Counted from the stretch's first letter, positions 29,099 through 40,170 are shown. The stretch is 42,076 bases of DNA from Pelomyxa schiedti (GCA_020536535.1 JAHLWZ010000251.1:1-42076); one strand, 5' to 3'. The notes: generated by a model from the letters alone, not told the origin. Translations and numbers: made by a program.

Positions 29099-29220
29099 TT
29101 TTTCTTCCCCAGACATTTGATGATGCGGTTAAGCTGAGAAAAAAACCAAAACAAGGGCAGATCATCAGGAACGCTGTTCGACGAAAAGAAAACCACAATC
29201 AAAATCAAACAGGAGTTTTG

Positions 29221-30579
29221 ATGGGACAGACACAGCAACGGACCGTGGGGCCTCCCGCCAGCGAATCAACCGACACACATCCCACAATTGCTTCAGAAGA
29301 AACGAGACCCCCAACCACCGCCAAGTCACAACTCGTGGCCGTTCTTTCTGCCGCCGTCGTCGCCAAACGTTACCCCCATAATGTCAATAGCACCATCACT
29401 GCTGACACTGGTGATCCTGGTGGTGTGTTGTTGCCGTCATCCTCACCTTCACCACAACAACAGAAGCAGCAGCAGCAGCAACAACAACCAGCGAGGAGCC
29501 TGGTTGAGTGGTTGCAATGGAACACACTCGTGAGGAAGTGGGCCGAGGAGTGGGTGCTCAGGCCTGTCTGTGATGCTGTGTTCAGGCTCCCGCTGATGGA
29601 TCACACGCAGTACCGCGGTTCTCATTATGCTTGGGAGGAGGCTATCTGGTACAGGCACAAGTACCTGTGCGTGAGTGTGTCACCCACTCTGGGTGTGGTC
29701 ACTTGGTGCGTATTCGGCTCTGACAAGGTGGTGCCGTGCTGCACCACTGGCCCGGGGAAGCTGTTGTGCTCCACGCCATTGCCAGTGAGTCCGGCCAAGG
29801 TCAAGGCTTCCCACAGCGTTGTGGATGCTGTGTCTGGCGCTGAGTGTTGGTCATCGTCGCCATTGAGGTCCTGTGGCTGCTGTGCAGCCGCCAACAGGAA
29901 GTGGCTTGTGTGCCATGGCAAGAAACTTGGCGAGGTCTGGGTCTGGAAGGTTGTTGGCGGTGTGCCTGTGGACCCAAGGAAATCTCTGCAAGCGATGGAC
30001 GTAGGTTTGAGTTTAAGCAAATTCCACTTCTCTCCACTGTGGGATGATGTACTTGTGGACGTCGATTGCTCCGGAACAGTAAGCCTGTGTGACTTGGAGG
30101 CAAGCTTCCAGCAACAGAAGCTGGTGATCACAACCACGCTTCCATTTGGTGGTGTTAATGCAACTGATGTGATGCAGATCCCTGGTGGTTCAATGTGCAC
30201 AGTGTCTCACACTAATGTGACATACTGTGAGACAGTGCCTTGCGTGATGGACGCACAATACCACCCATTGGTTGTGTTTCCCAGGCAGAGCATTGTCATG
30301 CAAATCGGCAAGAGCCGCTGCTTTGTTGCAGAGCAGTATTGTACAGAATACAAAGTGTATGACACTACAGAACTTGGGGTCAACAACATGCCGTCACTCT
30401 GTGTCCCTTGCAGTTGGTCATGTGCAAGCCAGCAGTCAGGCCTCATTGCATCAGCAGATGTTAGCAACTGCAAGACCACAGAACTTGGGGTCTCTGTGCG
30501 TGATGGGATCACTGGCTTCCTCATTGGTGTGTTCCCTGTGACTTTTGTGGACCCCTGGGTGCTAAAATACTACGAGTAA
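29221..30579 (+). CDS. Intronless ~450-aa protein of the same expanded family (copy 3, more distant)
   Basis: Uninterrupted ORF with AKSQLVAV, LVRKWAEEWVL, CVSVSPTLGVV, NRKWLVC, PSLCVPCSW and DGITGFLIGVF, all shared with copies 1 and 2. Confidence 0.85.
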   Translation: MGQTQQRTVGPPASESTDTHPTIASEETRPPTTAKSQLVAVLSAAVVAKRYPHNVNSTITADTGDPGGVLLPSSSPSPQQQKQQQQQQQPARSLVEWLQWNTLVRKWAEEWVLRPVCDAVFRLPLMDHTQYRGSHYAWEEAIWYRHKYLCVSVSPTLGVVTWCVFGSDKVVPCCTTGPGKLLCSTPLPVSPAKVKASHSVVDAVSGAECWSSSPLRSCGCCAAANRKWLVCHGKKLGEVWVWKVVGGVPVDPRKSLQAMDVGLSLSKFHFSPLWDDVLVDVDCSGTVSLCDLEASFQQQKLVITTTLPFGGVNATDVMQIPGGSMCTVSHTNVTYCETVPCVMDAQYHPLVVFPRQSIVMQIGKSRCFVAEQYCTEYKVYDTTELGVNNMPSLCVPCSWSCASQQSGLIASADVSNCKTTELGVSVRDGITGFLIGVFPVTFVDPWVLKYYE

Positions 30580-30805
30580 GCTTGTGCCAAACGCAAGTGT
30601 GTCAATTGTACAAGAAATACACATTACTATTACCAATCGGCCTTTCTTCTTGTGAGAGGTGGCTCGTCGTTGTCGTGGGTTGTTGTTTTAGTTTGGTAAT
30701 TGCCGACCAGATGGCTTGCACGTTCTGCTCAGAAAAAAACCCAAAAAACTCAAAAACTTTCTTTCTGTTCCATGAAGTACGGATCACAAAAAACACCGAG
30801 TTTTG

Positions 30806-32546
30806 ATGGGACACCACCCGGCCTCCCGCCAGCCGAGGTGAATCGCCCGTGGCGCATCCCACAATTGCTTCAGAAGAAACGAGACCCCCAACCACCGCCA
30901 AGTCACAACTCATTGCCGTTCTTTCTGCATCCGTCGTCCGTAATCACCAGTGCAGAATCCCCCCTCAAGAGGTTCTCGTCCTCCTGACCTTCATTAACGG
31001 GTGAACTCATAATACCCAACCGAATGATTCAAAGTTATTTATTATTCTCCTCCTTCTTCGTTATTCACAAACTTAGAGACCCCAACGGCGGCATTCAATG
31101 AAACAGGTTGTTGTGAAACAACCAAACGGGAATTCGCCGCGGTTGTCAGATCCGGCAAGCCCTGTGTCTGCACCAGCAACAGCCCCAACATTCCAATAAT
31201 GTACATGACACCATCACTGCTGACCATTGTAATCCCGATGGTGTGTTGTCACCTTATCCGCAACCACCACAGCAACCAGCAAGGAGCCTGGTTGAGTGGT
31301 TGCAATGGAACACGCTCGTGAGGAAGTGGGCCGAGGAGTGGGTCCTCAGGCCTGTCTGTGATGCTGTGTTCAGTGTCACCCACTATGGGTGTGGTCACTT
31401 GGTGCGTATTCGGCTCTGACAAGGTGGTGCCGTGCCACACCACTGGCCCGGGCAAGCTGTTGTGTTCCACACCATTGCCAGTGAGTTTGGCCAAGGTCAA
31501 GGCTTCCCACAGTGTTGTGGATGCTGTGTCTGGCGCTGAGTGTTGGTCGTTGTCGCCATTGAGGTGTTATGACTGGTGTTCAGTGGTGAACAGGAAGTGG
31601 CTTGTGTGCCATGGCAAGAAACTTGGTGAGGTTTGGATTTGGAAGGTTGTTGGCGGTGTGCCTGTGGATCCAAGGAAATCTCTGCAAGTGATGGATGTAG
31701 GTTTGAGTCTTGCCCATTTTGAAATATCTCCACTGTGGGATGATGTACTTGTGGACCTGGACAGCATGGGAACAGTAAGCCTGTGTGACTTGGAGTCAAG
31801 CTTCCAGCAACAGAAGCTGGTGATCACAACCACGCTTTCATTTGGCGGTCTTCGTCCCACTAGTGTGATGCAGCTCCCTGGTGGTGCAATGGTCACACTG
31901 TCTCACACTAATGTGACATACTGTGAGACAGTGCCTTGTGTGTACTTCCACAAAGTACACAAACTCGGCCTTGCTCGCGAGGCTCTGAAGTCTGGCGGAC
32001 TTTAGCGGGATGATTGGAGAGACTGAGGACTGAGCCGAATCTGGACTATTACCAGAATGAGACAGCGAAGGTAATGATCAGCGCACAGCGCAGCTGGGCG
32101 CACAAATACAGCAACAACAACGTGGCAGGCGGTTTTGATCACATGCACACTTGTTCGAGAATCCATTTGAACATCGCAGCCTTTTAACCCAATCGCACAA
32201 CCGCTCTGCGAGATTTTACACACTCCCTTTTTATCCCCTTTACAACAACGACAAACAAACAAACAAGAGAACCCTTTATTCTCTTCACGCCCACTCGTTT
32301 TCTTCCTCTGTGGGACTTATTCTCGAGCCCACAGAAGCTAACACTTGCGTGATGTACGCACCATACCACCCGTTGGTGGTATTTCCCAGGCAGAGCACTG
32401 TCACGCAAATCGGCAAGAGCTGCTGCTTGGTTGCAGAGCGGTTTTGCACCCGAATACAGAGTGTATGACACCGCACAAGGGAGAGACCCACTCAACAAGC
32501 CGTCACTCTGTTTCCCTTGCAGTTGGTCATGTGCAAGCCAGGAGTC
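30806..32546 (+). pseudogene. Pseudogenised tandem paralog of copy 3
   Basis: High nucleotide similarity to 29221-30440. Disrupted by a foreign insert (~30960-31200), a deletion, a solo LTR at 31939-32343 and truncation by another LTR end at 32547. Confidence 0.85.
31939..32343 (+). mobile_element. Solo LTR (405 bp, TG…CA) with 4-bp TSD CTTG
   Basis: The intact paralog reads GTGCCTTGCGTGATG at the same site (~30235-30250). Here it reads GTGC-CTTG|TGTGTAC…GCTAACA|CTTG-CGTGATG. Terminal hairpins are present. Confidence 0.78.
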
Positions 32547-34077
32547 TGTTAGCTTCTGTGGGCTTGAGAATAAGTCCCACAGAGGAAGAAAACGAGTGAG
32601 AGTGAAGAGAATAAAGGGTTCTCTTGTTTGTTGTAAGGGGATAAAAAGGGAGTGTGTAAAATCTCGCAGAGTGGTTGTGTGATTGGGTTAAAAGGCTGCG
32701 ATGTTCTGTTAGCTTCTGTGGGAAGAGAATAAAGCCCCACAGGGGAAAAAGAATGAAAGAGAGTAAGAGTGTAAAGGTTCTCTTGCTTGTTCTTGTGCTT
32801 GGGTTGCACGTGTGAAAAGGATAATTAATTTGGTGCGGTTAGGTGCGGTTAGCTTCGAAGCCACGCTTTTGTCCAATTCTCAGTCGAGATTGCCTCAGAA
32901 TCAATCACCGCTGCAGTCCGCATTAGTGCGTTCCATGTCTCATAAGATCGTCGCTGCCTTATTCCAGTAATTCCATCAAGCCCGCATTGGATCTAGAGAA
33001 TCAAGATTCAGACAGAGTCCGCAGAGTGTCCAGAGAGCTAAAGCTCGTGTACTTGCTAAAGTACACACGTTCCCCCTCCTCTTGAGCACGAATGTGTGTT
33101 CCAATCACAAGAGTTCACATAATAATAAATAGTCAAAAAATGCGCAGTCAGTGGTGCGTAGCCGACGGCACGTATTGGATCGCGCCGGTAGTCCGGTGAA
33201 GTAGAAATGGTTGGGGTCATGATGCCGTAGTTTGTGAGCATGTATGAACTCGGCCGGGTTCGTGGCCGATCGCTCTTGGTGGGAAAAGTAAAGTAGGAGC
33301 AGTAAGAGCTCGGCGAGGCTGCGTTTTTGTTGCCAGCAAGTGCGTTGATCCCGCCAGTGAAGCGGTGATCCAGTGGTGCATTTTTTTTTTTTTTTTTTTT
33401 TTATTCTCAAAGTTTGATAGCATCGTACCCATATGCGCTACTAGGTGCGGTCTTTGCCGCAAGTTTGAATTTGAACTGGAAAGTTTTATTTGTGCCACAT
33501 CAGCCATACTGTGTTTCCTTCAGTGGGAGGGAAGGAAACTGCACCAAAGGAGAACAAAGAGGCACAAAGTATTTTATTCATCTTGGAATGGATGGATACA
33601 TTTGGGTGTAGGTTATTGTGTATTTGTATATTCTTATAGAAATGAAGTGACTCGGTGTGTGTTTATAAAGGATTCCAAAGTCAAGGGAAAGGTCTTGGGT
33701 ATCTCGATGATCTTTCTGTGAACTTGATTTCTGAACTTGGTAAGTGATGACTCAGCCTCTGAGTCTCCAGTCTCGAGTCTTGCGAGTGTGCCTTGCGCAC
33801 AGTTTGCCTGTGTGTTCACAGAATCACACACTGTAGGTGTGGTCTGTAGTTTGATTCTCGGACAAGTGTGCATGTAATCAAAACCGCCTGCCACATTCTT
33901 GTTGCTGTATTTGTGTGCCCAGCTGCGCTGTGTGCTGATCATTACCTTCGCTGTCTCATTCTGGTAATAGTCCAGATTTGGCTCAGTCCTCAGTCTCTCC
34001 AATCATCCCGCTAAAGTCCGCCAGACTTCAGAGCCTCGCGAGCAAGGCCGAGTTTGTGTACTTTGTGGAAGTACACA
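32547..34077 (-). mobile_element. Nested LTR complex: an LTR (34077-33853 + 32706-32547) split by an insertion ending in a related element's PPT and 361-bp LTR (33067-32707)
   Basis: The two outer pieces together match the solo LTR. PPT AAGAGGAGGGGGAA at 33083-33070 precedes TGTGTACTT. Both 3' ends read CCCACAGAAGCTAACA. Confidence 0.72.
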
Positions 34078-34154
34078 ATTCCACGCGTGACCAGCTGACT
34101 TGAGTTTTTTTTTTTTTTTGGTTTTTTTTCACAACACAAACACAAAACAAAGCT

Positions 34155-34209
34155 GTGGCTTCGAAGCCACCTTTCAGAGAAACGGGGCTAACCGTGGCTT
34201 CGAAGCCAA
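34155..34209. repeat. Two copies of the palindrome GTGGCTTCGAAGCCAC
   Basis: Perfect 16-bp palindrome at 34155-34170 and a one-mismatch copy at 34194-34209. The core GCTTCGAAGC also occurs at 32852-32861. Confidence 0.9.
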
Positions 34210-34495
34210 GCACTGTTCTGTTCCGAAGGCAGAAACACTACACAAAAAAAAAAAAAAAACCAAGACAACACAAACGGTTTGGTTGCACAGACGCACCAAG
34301 CAGTGCGCCTGTACTGATGCATCAGGCGTTTCAGGTTTCTCCTTTTCGTCGTTTTTTTCCCAAGTTGGCCACCTTCGGTACTCACCATTTAACAGAATTG
34401 ATGGGGCGATTGCGTGCTCACTGGGAGTGCAGCCTGGGAGCATGGGCGATTAGACTTCCCCTAAAACAGTCAACAGCCAACTGGTGCGTTGTCTC

Positions 34496-34558
34496 TCAGC
34501 CAGTAAATTGTTTGTCAGCCAGTAAATTGGTTGTCAGCCAGTAAATTGCTTGTCAGCC
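34496..34558. repeat. 19-bp tandem repeat TCAGCCAGTAAATTGNTTG (3 units + partial)
   Basis: Directly visible. Confidence 0.9.
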
Positions 34559-34980
34559 TCCACATGGCGTGGAAGCTGACACAAGGCATGGCAGCCAGCA
34601 CGTTTGGTGCCAGCTGATGGGTTAGTGTGACAGCCAGCACTTGATGTGGCAGCCCACATCTCATGTGGGAGTCAACACATGGCGTGTGAGCTGGCACCAG
34701 TGGTAGAGACACCTGCTGTGTGACAGCTTTCACTTTTGATGAGAGCTTGCTGTTTGTGCTGTTTGTGCTGTTTGTGCTGTGCAGGTGATCGACTGTTCAC
34801 TGTGCTGTGTGTTGTGGTCTGAGAAAAAGTACACCCAGTTCACTGTGCTGTGTGTTGTTGCCAAGAAAGAAAACCTTGTAGGCAAGTCCAATGTTTAACT
34901 CTAGCATTTGTATGCTCTATGATGATTCGTGTAGCTGAATGATCCCTGTTGAATGTCACCTGTAGTGGATTAGGTTTATG

Positions 34981-35710
34981 TTAAGAGGGATGCAGGAGAA
35001 CCTTCTCAACAGAGAGTTGCTGTGTGCGCTTATAAGGTGTCAGTAAAGCAGAACCACCTTGGTAGCCCTTGTCACCTAGGCCATATTCCCCAGGAAGAAG
35101 GAGGTCCGCAACCTTGAAGAATCGCCATGCAGTTAGGTCAGGGATGCACCCTGGCAATCCAAAACGAGGGCAGTGCACTATCAGGCCATCGCCAAACCCT
35201 TAGTGAGTTCAAAAAAAAACGAAGGAGGTGTCTTCTGTACATACTAACAACAAGCATGAAGTTTACACAGTGCTGCTTCTTTTTACCAGAGTAAAAGTAA
35301 CGCTGCTGTACAGGATCTGCTGGACGTTGAATTGGAATGCAGGTGCCATCCACTGCCCAACATGCACCATAAAACGTGGGTGTGGTGAGGTGCTCATCAA
35401 AGTGGATCTACAGTGATTTATTTAAAAAACGATGTCAAAGGTGGTGCAAACCTCAGTCATTGTGTCATAGAGCTTGTGTATCACACCCCACGTGTGCCTT
35501 CGAAATGTATCTGGGCTAACGTGCCAGGCAACACAAGCCTCAGGCTCTGTTGGGTACCGATACAAAAAGTGCAGTGCCCAGAGAAGATAAACAGGGTGAG
35601 CGATGTCATTGCAGTATGTGGCCCAAACGTAATTACATTGGATGGGAGTGAGCCCAAACAGACACTAGGCTTGGTTGTTTCATTATCGCAAAGGAAAACA
35701 ACATTCACAC
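34981..35710 (-). mobile_element. PIF/Harbinger-like (DDE_Tnp_4-type) transposase remnant
   Basis: AVDGTCIPIQRPADPVQQRYFYSGKKKQHCVNF and LGDKGYQGGSALLTPYK. Upstream frames contain stops and the third catalytic residue is not seen. Confidence 0.8.
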
Positions 35711-35788
35711 CTTGAATGTGTCTGCTGAGTTACAGCCGATGTGCACCTGACCCAACAGCAAAAAGTCCATTTTATTTTTCTTGTTTAC

Positions 35789-35888
35789 NNNNNNNNNNNN
35801 NNNNNNNNNNNNNNNNNNNNNNNNNNNNNNNNNNNNNNNNNNNNNNNNNNNNNNNNNNNNNNNNNNNNNNNNNNNNNNNNNNNNNNNN
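35789..35888. other. Assembly gap (100 N)
   Basis: Run of 100 N. Confidence 1.
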
Positions 35889-36199
35889 TTTGTCAGCCTG
35901 GGTAGTGCTGAACATTGCTTAAGTGGTTCAGTAATTATTGCTTTTCCAGTGGTCCGTCGAGTGCTGAACATTGAGTTAGTCCAATGTGGGTGGGAGTTCT
36001 GGTGTACATTGAGAGCCTCAAGTTCAATGGCAACACTTTCAGCAGTTGGAGATGATTTTGCAGCACGCTTGTGCCCCAGTACATCTGGTACTTTGGCCAT
36101 CACATCCATAAAACACTTGAGGTTCCGCTCTGGGAATGGGTACTGCACATATTCCTCGTAACAGACTACTTCATTTGAGAAATGTTGCCATCATCAGCG

Positions 36200-38000
36200 G
36201 TGCTGTGCCCTTGCTGCAACGCGGAGTAAGGTAAGGCCACAACAGTGACAAATTCGGGAATTGTTCTGAATGGGGTTATAAGAAAAAACGTGGGAATGTG
36301 GCAGCACACTTACTGGATCATTTGTGTACTGTCAACTTCCTCAAGCTTGGCACAGAGAGACTGCAACACAAGTGTTTGGCGACTTTGAACTGCTGGGAGA
36401 CTCTGTGAGACCAAATGCAAAGTTGCTGCTGTGAAAACAGCTGGAAGTAAAGATGGAGATATAGTTGCGGAGCTGGGCATTGGGTTTGGGACTATTGTGC
36501 ATTGCCACCGTGGATAGCATCAAGCAATGCTTTCTCACAGAGAGACAATCTGGGTGCCGTGGAGGTTTGGGTGGGCCTAATCACATTTTGCCACCCACAG
36601 TTTCAAAGCTTACCGGCGGCACCGCCAGTAAGATGAACCGGGGATCACACACACAAAAAAATAAAAGTGACATGTAAATTGCCAAAGTGCTTTACCGGCG
36701 GCGCCGCCAGTAAGGGTTGTGAATTTGGCACCAAATAATCAAAACACACACGGAAAACGTACCTCCAGCATGACACCGAGAGATGCCATCATACACACCC
36801 TCGATGTCGGTCGCTGTGAGCACGATGGGCACTTCACCGATTCGAGCATCTTGACAGATCTGAGGGCCGATTCCCCCGAGGCACCGACTGCCCTGACGGA
36901 GTTTAACCCAGACGGCCGGGTCGTTACGCCACCCCACATGCAGAATGTCCCTCTCCCGATCTTTGATTCTGCCCACATCCAGATCTCTGTCAAAATGGAG
37001 AAAAACGGTGGTGTTTTAGCAATACTGGGGGGCAGTATGGCGAGTGAGGCACTGTGTTGTGTGTTTATGCCACCCTCAGATGAGCTGTGTGGGGAGACAC
37101 ATTTGTTGTTTTTGTGTGTTGTTGTTGGCACATCAACAGAGTCACATATCGTTTTTCTGGTGTACCTGTGGCCATTTCCACCAGCCTAATAGTGCCGTGA
37201 AATACTGAGGAGCCAATGTTGTCCATCTCAGTCAATGTGGCATCGTGAAAATACTTTGAGGAAATTACCTGGGCCATTTCCTCAGCTGCCATCACCTCGA
37301 CTTTGTGCTTCAAACTATCTTCAGCAGTTTGTACTGTCGCTTTTGTCACTTCTTTCCTAGTCATTAATGCTTAACAACAGAAAGAAAGTGCGACTGTACA
37401 TACAGGTCCTCCCTCAGTGTGCTTGATCTTGCAATGTTGCAGATCCACCTATAAGGTAGATCTACCTGCTTTTTACTGTTACTTTTTAAAAAGTACTTTA
37501 AGAAGGGTACCACCCATGTCAACAACGTGCGCCCCTCAAGCTGTAACCCAGTGCTGCCTGAGGAATTGTGTGACAGCTTATACTCCTGCTGAAATTGAGC
37601 AACACCGAGTGAAACTACACTCCAAAATAAAAGCGACTGTACATACTTGGTGGAAAAACTGCAAAAGTTTCATCCCCCTGTACATATTCAAAGGTGTTTC
37701 CGTTATCCCCTCACTCTCATTTCCATTACGATCTCTATTTTCAATTTCACTTCGTTTTTACACCAGTCAACACAGGGAGGACTGTGTGCTGAGCACATTT
37801 TGCTTTTTTTTATGGAATTGGACATGAGCGCCTTACCAATATCCATGCATATACATATTGGGCCCAGGTAAAACAGGTGAGAGTGAGGGGGAGGTGTGTG
37901 ATTCTGTAGAATACACAAGCAAACTCTCTGCGAGCACGAGCGCGAACGCCGAGACTGAGAGACTGACCTGCTGAGTCAGCACTCGGACCTGACATCTTAG
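36200..38000 (-). pseudogene. Unidentified spliced coding remnant, possibly part of the Harbinger-like element
   Basis: Several short open frames bounded by GTAAGG/GTATGT/GTACGT donors and pyrimidine-rich acceptors. No recognisable domain. Confidence 0.3.
36609..36713. repeat. Two near-perfect GC-rich palindromes TTACCGGCGGC[A/G]CCGCCAGTAA
   Basis: At 36609-36632 and 36692-36713, ~60 bp apart. Confidence 0.9.
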
Positions 38001-38558
38001 GAAATCAAGTTCGCGGAAATCTACCTGATCGTTCACCTCGATTTCAAGTCGTTTTCGAGTCCTTATAAGCCCGACACACTCCGACCTTAGAATCGCGACC
38101 CAAACCTCATAAATCAAAACAAACAACAAACAGAACAAATAATAGAATCCTTTCTTAATCTCGTTCTTGTTCCCTGCTTCACTGCCACACAACCAACTAC
38201 ACATCCCACAGGAGCATACAGGTTTCTCCAGGGAAAAAAAAAAAGTAACAACCAGTCTTTAAACAGTAAGTTTTTAGTATTGATACTATGAAGACAATAA
38301 GTACATTTTAGACCCTGAGCTTATTGCTGACCCTTCAGCTAATGCAATTACTATTGTTGAAGCCAATGACTCACTGCAGGATGTTATAAGTATAACTTAT
38401 AACATATTTTAGTTGTTTAAAATTTGAAGTTATTGAGGAAGTTACATCCAAAGAAGACACACTGTATGATGTTAACACTTCTTTATCATCTGAAAACTCT
38501 TTACAGTCATCAGTAATACCACCTTAAGTTTCATCAATTTACCTCTTTTAGATGCCTG

Positions 38559-39501
38559 TTTCCATTGCTGAAGCTGTAATGAAAGTTCATGGAGAGGCAC
38601 CTGGGCTCTGGCCTAATGAAGGTTCCATACAACTCACAGATTGGGCTCGCCATTTCATTGGATGAATTACAGATACAGAAAGGAGCCCATGACAATATTG
38701 AACTTTGTGCAGCCGGCAAAGGAGACCAGTTGCAGGTTTTAATCCATTGCCACAAACCTGACTTACCTAATGCAGATGGGCCAGCATACAACTGATGAAC
38801 CTAGGGAACCACTCCTTACTCCACCAATATTCCCTCACATCTCCCCCTGCCTCCTCCCAAGATGAGACACAACATCAGACTAATTCCCCAACCTCCGCTC
38901 CTACCAGTGAATAACCCACATCAAGCATCTCAGTTGGTGGGGGCCTTGTGCTATTTGGAAAGCGTGCTCATACTGGCCTATTGCAGGTAAATGACAAGCA
39001 GACACAAAAAACACCAAACAAAAGAGCCTGGGTCTCAACAACCTCTTCTCCACTCCCCATATCTCTGTGTTATGAGGTAAGTAAAGTTGTCAGAAAAGCT
39101 AACCGTACAACCTCCACACCTCCCTCAACCATTTCCACAACTTCCACACCTCCTTTACAGACTCCAATAACCATTTCCACAACTTTCACACCTCCTTCAC
39201 AGACTCCAATAACCATTTCCATGACTTCCGCTTCTCAGTCACTGGACTCGGCCCTAACACAACAGCTGTCTCCCATAGTGCGTTATTATCTCCACTTTTG
39301 TAATCGCAATTAACACAAATCTCCACAGCCTGTTGTTGCTTGCCCAGCACCTGTAGTTTCCATACTGACTGATCCTGTGTGTATACTAGTGTTTGGATTA
39401 CCTTCTTACATCTAACAGGGAAGAATTCTACCCCACACTGATACCGATGGGTACTTCTCTCATGCTAGTGATGACGATGGATACTCTTCCCATGGAAGTG
39501 G
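38559..39501 (+). mobile_element. Internally deleted, TIR-less copy of the pogo-like element
   Basis: Matches ~12683-12816 joined to ~13688-14507. About 870 bp containing the catalytic core is missing. Confidence 0.9.
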
Positions 39502-39564
39502 TGTCGGTGGTGTATGTGTAGGCGTCGTCGGCGAAAAATTTAAGGTGAAAACGCTTATTTTTTG

Positions 39565-39676
39565 GTATATTTACATGTGAAAACACATATATTACATGCG
39601 AAAACACATATATTACATGCGGAAATATATGTATTGCATGCGGAAATACATATATTCATGCGGAAATACATATATG
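39565..39676. repeat. ~21-bp tandem repeat (CATGCGGAAATACATATATTA-like), about 5 units, followed by an A/G-rich tract
   Basis: Directly visible. Confidence 0.85.
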
Positions 39677-40170
39677 GAAAAAAAGGGAAAAAAAAAGGAA
39701 ATAAAGCAAAAAAAAAGAAAAAAGGGAAAAACAAGGGACAACAAATACATAAAGAAAAAAAAGGGAAAAAAAAAAAGGGGTGGCTGTTTTTACAGGAATT
39801 TGACAGGCCAAAAAACAGCTGCCCTTTGATCCAGATATGCCATGCTTGTGTATTCTACTGAATCACACAGCATCCTTCCCTGCAACACTGTGGTTGCTCG
39901 AGCAGAAACATCACATCGGCGACACACTGGCCACACACATGGACTTGGTGTAACAGAATGCAGGTGAACTCTGCATTAGGAAGGACACAACCACTTTGCA
40001 AGCCAACTCCACACAAAACACCTTCATGTGTAACTTAAGACAAGACATTCATTCTTACCTTCACAATTCCTTTGTGAGTTAGTGTGTGTTGTCTTGCTGT
40101 ACACACACCTGCACACAACATCCTTCTGAGGCAAGAGTGGGTGTGCAAGAGTAAGAGTGAAAAATTCAAG

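Noticed and set aside
32020-32075. Hammerhead ribozyme in the LTR (CTGAGGA matches CUGANGA)
   Set aside because: No correctly placed GAAA after a stem II (the sequence has CGAAG) and no stems I/III, so Penelope-type ribozyme evidence is lacking.
31937-32345. Helentron/Helitron reading of the hairpin-ended repeat (TT insertion, no TSD)
   Set aside because: Possible for this one copy, but two other copies have a purine tract immediately before the same TG start, and three copies share the CA end. This fits LTRs better.
34496-39676. CRISPR-like arrays (19-bp and 21-bp repeats)
   Set aside because: Repeats are head-to-tail without unique spacers, the context is eukaryotic, and no cas genes are present.
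39780-39830. Helitron 3' hairpin (GGCTGTTTTT…AAAAACAGCT)
   Set aside because: Long loop, no CTRR terminus at the expected distance and no matching 5' TC end.
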